Virus record (IMG/VR): IMGVR_UViG_3300037294_000399
Location: 1 to 64,000 of that record
Direction: 5' to 3' (one strand)
Length of the DNA: 64,000 nt
Source of the DNA: a virus
A program made the position numbers and the translations under genes. The notes under the pieces were generated by a model. That model was not told the origin of the DNA and ran no database searches. It worked only from the letters and a program-made list of their open reading frames with translations. Below are positions 9,786 to 18,789 of this stretch, one piece after another. Positions within the stretch are counted from its first letter, which is position 1, and each line of letters starts with the position of its first letter.

Positions 9786-11093
9786 ATGATAGTAAAAGAA
9801 AATGATTTAAGATACGCTAAACTTATTCATGTATCTGTAGATAATGGATTAACTGACAACAGTAATAAAGTTTACGTTATGGAAGAACTTTCTGATGGTA
9901 GAATCAAATGTGAATATGGTCGTGTTGGTAAAAACATGACGACAGTTTATAAAAGCAGTCGTGAATGGGATAAAATTGTTAGGGAAAAAACTTCTAACAA
10001 AAAAGGTTACACGGATGTGACTGATTTATTAGCTGAACCAGTTGTTGATGATTCTAGACCAGTCAATAACAAAGTTGACAGTATCAAAGATGATATTGTT
10101 AGAAAACTAGTTGATGAGTTGATGTCTTTTGCTAACAAATCTATCCAAAGAAACTATAAGGTAACCCAAGAAGCTGTGTCTGAACAACAAGTAAATGTTG
10201 CTCAAGATGTTATCAATGCTATTAGTGGTTTATTGATATTAGGTGTTGATAAAAAACATGTTAATGATATGTTACTTAAACTATATACAATTATCCCTAG
10301 AAGAATGGATAATGTTAAGAGTCATTTAATTAACGATGTAAATACAGATTCTGATTTAGAAACAGCACAAAGATTAATTGGTGAAGAACAAAGTACTTTA
10401 GACACAATGGCTGGACAGGTTGAATTGATTCAACAACAAAAAGAAGCAACTAAAAAAGCGGCAGAAGCTGAAGCTAATGGTGTTGAAGAAGAAGTAGAAG
10501 AAGTAACTATCCTTGACCAAATGGGTTTAAGTATTGAAGTTGAAAATGATGAAGAAACGTTAGCACTTATTAAAAAACTAATGGGTTCAAATGTAAACCA
10601 AATGAAAAAAGTTTACAAGGTTGTTAATACCAAGACACAAGTTAAATTCGACAAGAACTTAGATAAATCAAGGGTTAAAAAGAAACGTCTTTACTGGCAT
10701 GGTTCTAGAAATGAGAACTGGTTCAATATTTTACAAACTGGTTTGCTTATTAGACCTTCTGGTGCGGTTCATACGGGGTCCATGTTTGGTGATGGCGTAT
10801 ATTTTTCAAACAAATCCCAGAAATCAATAGGTTACACGTCCTTGAGAGGAAGCTACTGGACTAAGGGTGGGGACGATAAAGCATATCTTGCTTTATTTGA
10901 CGTACACATTGGTAACCAGAAACACATAACAAACCATACATCTAGTTGTTATTCATTATCCCAAAAAGTCATGGATAAGGAAGGATTCGATAGCGTCTAC
11001 GCACACGGTGGAGCCGATTTACGTAATGATGAGTTCATTGTTTATAAACCAGAGCAATGTACTGTATCACATTTAATAGAAATTGGGAATTAA
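9786..11093 (+). CDS. PARP-like ADP-ribosyltransferase (WGR, regulatory and catalytic domains)
   Basis: YGRVG (WGR), LYTIIPR regulatory motif, H-Y-E triad: YWHGS, GSMFGDGVYF, NDEFIVY. Confidence 0.9.
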   Translation: MIVKENDLRYAKLIHVSVDNGLTDNSNKVYVMEELSDGRIKCEYGRVGKNMTTVYKSSREWDKIVREKTSNKKGYTDVTDLLAEPVVDDSRPVNNKVDSIKDDIVRKLVDELMSFANKSIQRNYKVTQEAVSEQQVNVAQDVINAISGLLILGVDKKHVNDMLLKLYTIIPRRMDNVKSHLINDVNTDSDLETAQRLIGEEQSTLDTMAGQVELIQQQKEATKKAAEAEANGVEEEVEEVTILDQMGLSIEVENDEETLALIKKLMGSNVNQMKKVYKVVNTKTQVKFDKNLDKSRVKKKRLYWHGSRNENWFNILQTGLLIRPSGAVHTGSMFGDGVYFSNKSQKSIGYTSLRGSYWTKGGDDKAYLALFDVHIGNQKHITNHTSSCYSLSQKVMDKEGFDSVYAHGGADLRNDEFIVYKPEQCTVSHLIEIGN

Positions 11094-11341
11094 TGAGAAT
11101 CAAAGCAATATATATTAAAAACCTTAAAATGACAGAAGGTAAAATAGCTTCACAAGTGGCTCATGCTGTTAAAAATTTAGGTTACACACCAATAGACTGC
11201 GATATAGTAGTCTTAGGTGTTTCCACCAAAAAGTTTAATGAACTTATTGAAGAAAACGATTGTTATGTTCAAACAGATAAAGGTTTAACACAAGTTGAAA
11301 GTGGTACACAAACAGCCGCTGCTTGGATTGACAAACACTAA
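11093..11341 (+). CDS. Peptidyl-tRNA hydrolase PTH2 family (compact)
   Basis: MTEGKIASQVAHA and DKGLTQVESGTQT. Confidence 0.8.
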   Translation: MRIKAIYIKNLKMTEGKIASQVAHAVKNLGYTPIDCDIVVLGVSTKKFNELIEENDCYVQTDKGLTQVESGTQTAAAWIDKH

Positions 11342-11350
11342 AATTTTAAA

Positions 11351-12064
11351 ATGGAAATAAAAAAAACAGGTTACGAATGGTGCTTAGATGCAAACATGCG
11401 TATATTAGATATCTCATCTTGGGATACTGAATTAGCTTTCTATGAAGAAGCTTATTACGAAGAAAAAATTGATGTTAAAGAGTTTTACAGGCGTATTGCG
11501 TTGTGTAAAGTCAAACCCAATTCTATGCCTCGTAAAACAATGATGTTCTTGGAGTATAGAATGTATGGTCTTGTACCTTACAATTTAAGTCCTATCCAAC
11601 AAGGTATCCAATTTGGACACTCTGTAGTTGATTATGCTAGAACAGCTGAAGGATTACCACCACATTTTGAGGTTTATAAGAAATGGGCTGATAAAGATAA
11701 AACGTTTATCATCTTGAACGGTGGTACCACAAACAATAACCCAGAAAGACTTGGTAGTTTGAACCAACACATGAATACGCTTCGTGATAATGGGGTTATT
11801 CTACAAGAGTTCCACGAACCAGACTTAGGTGACCAACTTACTGCGTTTGTATTCTTGGTGGATGAAAGAGTTTTTAATCGAACAGTTTATCCAGACTTTG
11901 TTGGGTCACCATACCCATGGCCAATGAATAAGAAACCAACAGAAAAACAATTCTCTCAATGGGAAGTTGAGAACAACAAGAACTATGCTGCTTGGGAAGA
12001 AAAAGTGGGTGGTCCTAAGAACGCTTTTCTTAGAGATTATTTAAGAAATTTGAAGTTGGCTTAA
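11351..12064 (+). CDS. PTH2-like fold phage protein
   Basis: LSPIQQGIQFGHS...IILNGG...FHEPDLGDQLTA. Confidence 0.6.
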   Translation: MEIKKTGYEWCLDANMRILDISSWDTELAFYEEAYYEEKIDVKEFYRRIALCKVKPNSMPRKTMMFLEYRMYGLVPYNLSPIQQGIQFGHSVVDYARTAEGLPPHFEVYKKWADKDKTFIILNGGTTNNNPERLGSLNQHMNTLRDNGVILQEFHEPDLGDQLTAFVFLVDERVFNRTVYPDFVGSPYPWPMNKKPTEKQFSQWEVENNKNYAAWEEKVGGPKNAFLRDYLRNLKLA

Positions 12065-12094
12065 TATTGACTATTCTATTTAGTTTCTATATAT

Positions 12095-12472
12095 TTGCGT
12101 ATGAAAACCAAAGAAAAATACTGTACCGTATTAAATTACTTATCTAAAAACTACACAATAAAAGATGGTAGTTTTTGGGATATTCATGACCCACATAAAG
12201 AACCTTATGATTATATTATAAATTCATTGGCTATAATATTTTCGTTTAACAAGGGGTTATGTAAGCTTTGTTTAAAAATGTGGTCGCTTAAAGAGGGTTT
12301 AAGTTATGAAGAATGGGCTAAACTATCTTCCACTTTAAAATTTACTTGGTCTCCAGTGCTTGTTCAAGACGTTAGTGCATTCCACAATATTTATGCTGAA
12401 GCTGAATTAACAGCGTTATTATCACATGAAATAGCACAAGAAATTGATAGAGAAATTGATAGAGATTTATAA
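12095..12472 (+). CDS. Small protein ending in a gp23-type major capsid fragment
   Basis: LKFTWSPVLVQDVSAFHNIYAEAELTALLSHEIAQEIDREI. Confidence 0.65.
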   Translation: MRMKTKEKYCTVLNYLSKNYTIKDGSFWDIHDPHKEPYDYIINSLAIIFSFNKGLCKLCLKMWSLKEGLSYEEWAKLSSTLKFTWSPVLVQDVSAFHNIYAEAELTALLSHEIAQEIDREIDRDL

Positions 12473-12481
12473 ACAAATTAT

Positions 12482-13015
12482 TTGAATTATCAAATGGACA
12501 ATAGATTAACACTTATTGGTAAGATTAGATTCGAACCAGAAGACAAGACAAAAAAACACAAGAATCAAGCATCATGGAAAAAAATGGCTATGGTGTTCTT
12601 AGATGGTGATATTTGCGAATACTATGCTTGGTTTATTAAGCGTAGATATAATCTAGTGCTAAACAAACCACTCAGAGGTGCCCATATTTCGTTTATAAAT
12701 GATAGTATGAGGGATTTGACCAACAACGGTGAAATAACAGAAGAGGAAGCCTTAAAAAAGTGGGAAGAGGTGAAAAACCGATGGGATGGTAAAGAAATTG
12801 AAATAGTATTGGACCTTAATCCAAAGAGTGACTATGACCACTGGTGGTTAAACATTCCTCATGATGAAAGAGAACTACTACAAAGTATTAGAACTGAATT
12901 AGGTCTTGGTAAACCATACTGGGGAATGCATATGACTATAGGTATAGTTCATCCAAAACATATTGAATATTCTAAGTATATTGTAAATGGTATTGTAAAT
13001 GGTTTCATACCTTAG
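12482..13015 (+). CDS. 2H phosphoesterase family protein
   Basis: Two HxS/T motifs: AHISF, MHMTIG. Confidence 0.7.
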   Translation: MNYQMDNRLTLIGKIRFEPEDKTKKHKNQASWKKMAMVFLDGDICEYYAWFIKRRYNLVLNKPLRGAHISFINDSMRDLTNNGEITEEEALKKWEEVKNRWDGKEIEIVLDLNPKSDYDHWWLNIPHDERELLQSIRTELGLGKPYWGMHMTIGIVHPKHIEYSKYIVNGIVNGFIP

Positions 13016-13700
13016 CGTGTTTATTTAGATTACCCTCATAAATAATTCCATTTATTTCTCTCGTGGTCGCCCATAATGGTTGTAAGTTACTTAACGCATT
13101 AACCACATTCATTGATGTTTCTTTATCAAACTTAGATACTGGTTTTACGTGGTCAATATGCCACTGTCCATAATTATCCCAAGACATACCTTCAGTAAAT
13201 AAAGAAGTAATATGGTTTTTAAGTTCAATAGCTGAATAACCAAGCAAATCAATAGTGTGACCTTCCTTTTGTTTACCAAGTCTAAATAATGTATCGCTAA
13301 TTAAACGCCTCCAAGCTTTTATGTGTTTAATTTTTTCATAATATATACGATTCCATTCTTTAATTTTATCTTTATTATCTTCTCTATATTTCTGTTGATT
13401 TTTTCTAACTTCATCACCTTTTTTTTGGTAGTATTTTTTTCGATATATTCTATGTTTTTCATTAATAGCTTTACGGTTTTTTTCTTTCCATTTTTTTTTA
13501 GCGATAGCACAAATTTCTTTATTTTTGCTAACATACTCTTTAGCTTTTTGTGTAAGACTATTTTTGTTTATTTTTCGATATTCTTTGGTTATCTTAATTC
13601 TACATAATTTACATTGTCCTCTATAACCATCCTTTGAATTTTTCATTTTATGAAATTCAGATAATTCTTTATCTATTTCACATACACTACATTTTTTCAT
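13005..13700 (-). CDS. HNH-family homing endonuclease (paralog of 7155..7904)
   Basis: WHIDHVKP...NALSNLQPLW; shared KEGHTIDLLGYSA. Confidence 0.85.
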   Translation of the reverse strand: MKKCSVCEIDKELSEFHKMKNSKDGYRGQCKLCRIKITKEYRKINKNSLTQKAKEYVSKNKEICAIAKKKWKEKNRKAINEKHRIYRKKYYQKKGDEVRKNQQKYREDNKDKIKEWNRIYYEKIKHIKAWRRLISDTLFRLGKQKEGHTIDLLGYSAIELKNHITSLFTEGMSWDNYGQWHIDHVKPVSKFDKETSMNVVNALSNLQPLWATTREINGIIYEGNLNKHAKV

Positions 13701-13995
13701 ATATTTTGTTTATTATAAATATCTAATATTTTAAGGAAAGTAGAGTTTGGTGGTTAAAAATTTGTTTTATTGTAAAATAATTAGTACCTTTGTTAAAACA
13801 AATATAAATTATCGTGAGAAAAGTATTAGTTAATAAAATAATTAAAAAATTAAAACTAGCTCATGTGGGTATAAAAAATTATGAATGTAAATCGTTTGAA
13901 TGTTCATTAGATAAATTTTCTTATGAGATACTTAAAGATATTGTTTTGGTTAGATTAGAAGAATTAATAAAGAATCCAAATTTAAAAAGATAATT

Positions 13996-14184
13996 TATGA
14001 CAGAGTATGGTGGTTGAATATACCAAATGACGAAAGAAACGGTTTACAGGGTATTCGTAATGAATTAGGATTAGGTAGACCATTCTTTGGTATGCATATG
14101 TCTATTGGCTACGCAAGACCAGGTATTATGGAAGAACATAGTAAATACATTCACTCTATGATTAAAGATGGTTATATACGATAA
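13996..14184 (+). pseudogene. Orphaned alternative C-terminus of the 2H gene
   Basis: YDRVWWLNIPNDERNGLQGIRNELGLGRPFFGMHMSIG... parallels YDHWWLNIPHDERELLQSIRTELGLGKPYWGMHMTIG. Confidence 0.85.
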
Positions 14185-14227
14185 AAGAGAGCATATGCTC
14201 TCTTTTATTTTAATTAATAACTATAAA

Positions 14228-14485
14228 TTATTGTTCGGTTGAAGCATCGTCATCACCTTTAATCTTCTTGGTGAAGATTTTATCAGCTGAGGCTAAACCT
14301 AAACAACCAAACGATAACATTGCCACTGCGTTTACTAGAGAATCTGACGGTTTAATGTCACCACTAGTGTAGCTGTTTACAAACATTGTAATACACAATG
14401 TTAATCCAGCGAAAATACCCATAAACCTCTTAGAGGAGTATGAACCTTTTTCATCTTGGAAAATTTGCGAAAAGAATTTTTTCAT
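14228..14485 (-). CDS. Small two-TM membrane protein (holin-like)
   Basis: SSKRF followed by two hydrophobic helices. Confidence 0.55.
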   Translation of the reverse strand: MKKFFSQIFQDEKGSYSSKRFMGIFAGLTLCITMFVNSYTSGDIKPSDSLVNAVAMLSFGCLGLASADKIFTKKIKGDDDASTEQ

Positions 14486-14619
14486 GTTTTTTTGTTTTTT
14501 TATTTTATGTTATTTTTACATACATGAATTATGTAAAATAAATCACGTATATTAATAAATATAAAAAAAATTGGTTATCTCATAAATTATATGTACCTTT
14601 GTAACTTAATATTGTAAAT

Positions 14620-15813
14620 ATGAAACAAATAACACACGAATACTTAGTAGAAAATGGTTTAATACTTTTTGAAACCATCGTTGGTTCACAAGCATACGGT
14701 ACACAAACTCCAACATCAGACATCGATAAAAAATTTGTCTATATATTACCTATGGATTCAATTTTAGGTACTGGTTATGTTGAACAAATAAATGTAGATA
14801 AAGATTACGTTGGTTGGGAGATTAGACGTTTCCTAGAACTTATGGGTTCAAACAATCCAACGGTTCTTGAACTTCTTAATAGCCCAGAAGATTGTATTGT
14901 ATCAAAACATGAGCTGTTTGACCTTATTCTTGCACACAAAGAAGATTTTATTACAAAAATTTGTAAAGATTCATTCGGTGGGTATGCAAGACAACAAATC
15001 AAGAAAGCCAAAGGATTGAATAAAAAACAAAACTGGGAAAAAGATAAAGTAACTCGAAAAGATTTACTAGATTTTTGTTACATTGTTGATGGTGAAAAAA
15101 CTATCCCATGGAAATCTTGGAATTGTGATAAATATGATGAAAAGTATATTGGTGCTGTTAATCTACCTAACGCTAGAGATGTATATGCATTATTTTATGA
15201 TAGTGTTGCAGAAATGTTACAGTCTGAAAAATATGCTGAAGATTTAAGACAAGTTTATAAAGAAACCCTTAAAAAAGCTGGTAAACCTATGGGTCACCGT
15301 TATAAAGGGTTGGTTAAAACAGGTGAAGGAGCAAACGCTGCTGAATCAAATCAATTACGTCTTTCATCAATACCAAAAGGTGAAAAAAGTATCTGTAATT
15401 TAGTTTACAATAAAGATGCTTACACCACACATTGTAAAGACTACAAAGAGTATCAAGAATGGTTAGAAAACCGTAACGAAACTCGTTATGTTGAAACACA
15501 GGAACATGGACAACGAATTGATGGTAAAAATATGATGCATTGTATTAGACTTATTCGTATGGCTCAAGAAATTGGTAGAGGGGAAGGCGTTCAAGTTCGT
15601 AGACCAGATGCTGAAGAACTATTATCGATTAGACGTGGTGAAGTTGATTTAGAACAACTTATTGATATGGCTGACAAAGCTATTGAAGAAATGGACTCAA
15701 TCTTTGATAATTCAGATTTACCAAGCAAACTTAATAGTGGCATCATCGATGCTCTGTTGGTAAATATTAGAAGAGACTTTTATAACTTGCCAATATCGGC
15801 AACTAATATTTAA
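14620..15813 (+). CDS. Pol-beta-superfamily nucleotidyltransferase (YcgL/Nuc-transf type)
   Basis: GSQAYG...SDID, NPTVLELL, KNMMHCIRL. Confidence 0.8.
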   Translation: MKQITHEYLVENGLILFETIVGSQAYGTQTPTSDIDKKFVYILPMDSILGTGYVEQINVDKDYVGWEIRRFLELMGSNNPTVLELLNSPEDCIVSKHELFDLILAHKEDFITKICKDSFGGYARQQIKKAKGLNKKQNWEKDKVTRKDLLDFCYIVDGEKTIPWKSWNCDKYDEKYIGAVNLPNARDVYALFYDSVAEMLQSEKYAEDLRQVYKETLKKAGKPMGHRYKGLVKTGEGANAAESNQLRLSSIPKGEKSICNLVYNKDAYTTHCKDYKEYQEWLENRNETRYVETQEHGQRIDGKNMMHCIRLIRMAQEIGRGEGVQVRRPDAEELLSIRRGEVDLEQLIDMADKAIEEMDSIFDNSDLPSKLNSGIIDALLVNIRRDFYNLPISATNI

Positions 15814-15817
15814 AAAT

Positions 15818-16318
15818 ATGAATATATTTGACGCACCAAAAGACTGTATCAGAACCAATAGTGGTTTATACGTCAATGTTTTCGAACCAACATCAGAAAT
15901 GATACGTGTAGAAGATATCGCTCACGCATTGGCTTCAATGCCAAGGTTCGGTGGTCACCTTAACAAACACTATTCAGTAGCACAACACAGTGTCAGATGT
16001 TGTGAAATGGCTGTGAGTTTAGAGGACAAAAAAGCGGCCCTTATGCACGATGCTAGTGAAGCGTACATGTTGGACATTCCAACACCAATAAAAGCTAAAC
16101 TACCAGATTATAAAATGTATGAAGCTAGACTTATGGGGTTCATTTCAAGACATTTTGGTTTTGAGTTTCCGTTGTCTGATACTGTACATACAATTGACCG
16201 TGATATGTTATTGCTTGAGTGGGAGAATCTGGTAGTAAACGAAAACGATGAGTTTGAGTGTTGGGACCATGCCACAGCCAAAGCTAGATTTATAGAACAA
16301 TTTAATAAATTGTTTTAA
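15818..16318 (+). CDS. HD phosphohydrolase (YfdR/5'-deoxynucleotidase-like)
   Basis: IAHALA..PRFGGH, YSVAQHS, LMHDASEAY. Confidence 0.85.
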   Translation: MNIFDAPKDCIRTNSGLYVNVFEPTSEMIRVEDIAHALASMPRFGGHLNKHYSVAQHSVRCCEMAVSLEDKKAALMHDASEAYMLDIPTPIKAKLPDYKMYEARLMGFISRHFGFEFPLSDTVHTIDRDMLLLEWENLVVNENDEFECWDHATAKARFIEQFNKLF

Positions 16319-16495
16319 TTAAAAAATGGGTTGTTCTTCAATAAGAAGCTGATACTTTTGTCAGCTTCTTTACAATCATCTATAAATGAAATAACTTGTT
16401 CATCAGTTAGTTCTTCACCATGAATGTTTCCTTCTAAAATTAAATACACATATCCCATAATCAAATATACTAATTTATCCAGGAACTGTCAAGTC

Positions 16496-17233
16496 TTAAA
16501 GCATAGAAATTGCTTTGTTGATATCCTTTAACATTTGAATACAACGATTAGTCAAATAATCAGTATTTTCATCATTCATATAAGCAGTAACGTTTATTGG
16601 TTTATTTGTAAATCTAATAAATTCGTTTTCATGTGACATCCTAGAAAGAACACTAAAATATTCGGATTTAAAAATAAATTCATCTGGGTTGGTGTTGTAG
16701 GCCAAAATAAAAGGAAGTCTTAAATCTTCACGTATAACATCATTTAATAATTTCATCAATCCATCTTCAGTGTCAATATAGTCAATTTTGGCAACAATTT
16801 CGTAAAAACTTTCATAACTACCAAAATTAGCTGCTGACTCATAAGCCATAGACCAACTTTGAACTAAACTATTCGCTTTATAAACATAACGATTACCCTT
16901 TTCAAGTTCAATGGCTTGCTTGTTTTTGATAAAATAAGACATTGGAATCATTGTTCCTCTATAAGTTGTAATATTTTCTGGGACCAATATGTCTGGGTAT
17001 TGATTCATACAACCTTTTAGGTTTGATAAAGCAGAAATAAATTCCTGTGTAGTTTCTTCACCATACATATTATCGGTAAAATCTTTTATTTGCTCTATAT
17101 AATCATTTTCAGTTGGCGTATTACGCTCAGCTCCACCAAATTGGTCACCAAATAATTCATGACCGAAATTCTTAACACAAGATGTTACTTCGTTTTCATT
17201 TACGATGGATTCATATAACTTATAGATTTTCAT
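16496..17233 (-). CDS. Possible R-S-E class ADP-ribosyltransferase
   Basis: TYRG ... QSWS ... ENE in the expected order. Confidence 0.45.
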   Translation of the reverse strand: MKIYKLYESIVNENEVTSCVKNFGHELFGDQFGGAERNTPTENDYIEQIKDFTDNMYGEETTQEFISALSNLKGCMNQYPDILVPENITTYRGTMIPMSYFIKNKQAIELEKGNRYVYKANSLVQSWSMAYESAANFGSYESFYEIVAKIDYIDTEDGLMKLLNDVIREDLRLPFILAYNTNPDEFIFKSEYFSVLSRMSHENEFIRFTNKPINVTAYMNDENTDYLTNRCIQMLKDINKAISML

Positions 17234-17302
17234 AGTGTTACAGTTTATTTACTATAAATATCGAAAAAACTTGTAAAAAAACTTGACAAATCAAAATAAA
17301 TG

Positions 17303-17342
17303 TAGTATCTTTGTGTAACTTTTAGAAATAGAGGTATATTTA
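17303..17342 (+). promoter_or_regulatory. tRNA-operon promoter cassette, copy 1
   Basis: tagtatctttgtgtaacttttagaaatagaggtatattta; TAnnTTTG plus TATTTAT motif; near-identical at 18284 and 31824. Confidence 0.8.
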
Positions 17343-17364
17343 TAGACAAATAAAAACAACAACA

Positions 17365-17442
17365 ATGAAAACTTTTAACAACGCAGTAGTCCTTTTAGTC
17401 TTATGTTTACTAGTAGTAGACAGGATGGGTTATGCATGTTAA
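17365..17442 (+). CDS. Attenuator leader peptide 1 (Val/Leu/Cys): MKTFNNAVVLLVLCLLVVDRMGYAC
   Basis: 11 consecutive V/L/C codons upstream of a terminator and Cys/Leu/Val/Leu tRNAs. Confidence 0.85.
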   Translation: MKTFNNAVVLLVLCLLVVDRMGYAC

Positions 17443-17469
17443 TTAAGTAGTCAAATACGATAACAACTG

Positions 17470-17500
17470 AAACCCATCTAAGCAATTAGGTGGGTTTTTT
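17470..17500 (+). terminator. Attenuator terminator 1
   Basis: aacccatctaa-GCAA-ttaggtgggtt + T run; alternative pairing with gatgggtt 17424-17431. Confidence 0.85.
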
Positions 17501-17507
17501 GCATTAT

Positions 17508-17582
17508 GCACGTGTGGTCGAGTGGTCAAAGGCAACGGATTGCAAATCCGTAAAACCGCTGGTTCGAATCCAGCCACGTGTT
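17508..17582 (+). tRNA. tRNA-Cys(GCA)
   Basis: Cloverleaf; anticodon arm acgga-ttGCAaa-tccgt. Confidence 0.92.
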
Positions 17583-17598
17583 CAAAATAGAAAATAAG

Positions 17599-17883
17599 AT
17601 GGATACAAATGAAGTAAAAAAAGACTTATATAAGTCAAAGAACATGGCTAAATTTAGTCATTATGTAAGTGGGAATTGATACTACACAGTTGAGTTAGCT
17701 ATCGGAACATATCAATTCCCGATATTAACGGTAGAAGAATCAGAATTATATGATTCTGAAGGTAGTGTTAAATTATCCTCAGATTTAGGAACAACAACCT
17801 TTGAGGTAGAAATGAAAGGGTTAGACCTTAACAGATGGATAACAAAAGCCATAGAAAATGAAACATTTATAAAGATAGGGTAA
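17599..17883 (+). pseudogene. Hypothetical gene with internal TGA at 17677
   Basis: Open frame on both sides of a single stop. Confidence 0.55.
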
Positions 17884-17895
17884 AACCTATCATAA

Positions 17896-17979
17896 GCGGA
17901 TATGGGGGAATTGGTAGACCCGCTGGTCTTAGAAACCAGTGCTGAAATAAGCGTGCGAGTTCGAGTCTCGCTATCCGTA
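17896..17979 (+). tRNA. tRNA-Leu(TAG)
   Basis: ctggt-ctTAGaa-accag, long variable arm. Confidence 0.93.
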
Positions 17980-17985
17980 CAACAT

Positions 17986-18063
17986 GCATCTGTAACTCAG
18001 TTGGTTTAGAGTGCTTCCTTTACACGGAAGAAGTCGGGGGTTCGAGTCCCTCCAGATGCACCA
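17986..18063 (+). tRNA. tRNA-Val(TAC)
   Basis: cttcc-ttTACac-ggaag, encoded CCA. Confidence 0.95.
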
Positions 18064-18064
18064 A

Positions 18065-18145
18065 AAGATAGTTACTGCAAACAAAAAGGTTAACAATTTA
18101 TTCGCAAAATAAATCTAAGTGGTTCAATCCCACAAAACTATCTTG
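18065..18145 (+). ncRNA. tRNA-fragment element (anticodon-like GCA arm plus T-arm in a closing stem)
   Basis: aagatagtt/aactatctt stem; atttat-tcGCAaa-ataaat; gtgg-ttcaatc-ccac. Confidence 0.55.
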
Positions 18146-18150
18146 AATTT

Positions 18151-18235
18151 GGCCGAGTGGTGGAACGGTATACACACTAGACTTAAAATCTAGCGGTCCG
18201 AAAGGGCCTTGCGGGTTCGAATCCCGCCTCGGCTA
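18151..18235 (+). tRNA. tRNA-Leu(TAA)
   Basis: ctaga-ctTAAaa-tctag, long variable arm. Confidence 0.93.
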
Positions 18236-18283
18236 CAATAAAATAAAAAAAACACAAAAAGACTTGCTTTTTTAAAATAAATG

Positions 18284-18323
18284 TAGTACCTTTGTGTAAC
18301 TTTTAGAAATAAGAGTATATTTA
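18284..18323 (+). promoter_or_regulatory. tRNA-operon promoter cassette, copy 2
   Basis: tagtacctttgtgtaacttttagaaataagagtatattta. Confidence 0.8.
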
Positions 18324-18364
18324 TTAAACAACAAAGGGGAAACCCACATTAAAAAATAGAAACA

Positions 18365-18454
18365 ATGAAAAAAAATAACAACATATTTGATTTTGCATTT
18401 TTTGCTGCCGAGGCTGATGAAAGCTTGGGAAGGTCATCTATTGTCATAAGTTAA
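18365..18454 (+). CDS. Attenuator leader peptide 2 (Phe/Asp/Ala/Glu): MKKNNNIFDFAFFAAEADESLGRSSIVIS
   Basis: 12 consecutive F/D/A/E codons upstream of a terminator and Phe/Glu/Asp/Ala tRNAs. Confidence 0.85.
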   Translation: MKKNNNIFDFAFFAAEADESLGRSSIVIS

Positions 18455-18477
18455 TGTAAATCATTAAACGAATCGAT

Positions 18478-18512
18478 AAAAGCTCTGACCTAAAAATCAG
18501 AGCTTTTTTTTT
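18478..18512 (+). terminator. Attenuator terminator 2
   Basis: aaaagctctga...tcagagctttt + T run; alternative pairing aggtca 18431-18436 with tgacct 18486-18491. Confidence 0.8.
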
Positions 18513-18596
18513 GTTTAAAAAATAAATAAAAAAAAAATGTAAAAAGTTTGGATGTTTAAAAAATATTTCATACCTTTGCAGAGTCAAAATAGACAA

Positions 18597-18623
18597 GGTA
18601 CCTTAGCTCAGTTGGTAGAGCAA
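18597..18623 (+). pseudogene. 5' half of interrupted tRNA-Phe
   Basis: ggtaccttagctcagttggtagagcaa, matching the intact tRNA-Phe at 21416. Confidence 0.8.
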
Positions 18624-18635
18624 GTTTAAAATAAT

Positions 18636-18709
18636 GGACTTCTGGTGTAAATGGTGTGTCATGCTAGTCTGAAGAACTAGAGGTTTCGGTTCGAGTCCGA
18701 GGGAGTCCA
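18636..18709 (+). tRNA. tRNA-Phe(GAA), divergent copy carried by the insertion
   Basis: ctagt-ctGAAga-actag; acceptor ggacttc/ggagtcc. Confidence 0.8.
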
Positions 18710-18789
18710 CAGATAACTTTTTGTAGAACATAATACAAAGTTTTTAGAGCTTTTAGATATAATTAGATATTTATATAAAAACGTAAATT

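Noticed and set aside
17365-17500. Leader 1 as a captured host ilv/leu attenuator with no link to the tRNAs
   Set aside because: It lacks Ile, includes Cys, has no biosynthetic gene downstream, and two further leaders with the same promoter cassette match their own different tRNA sets
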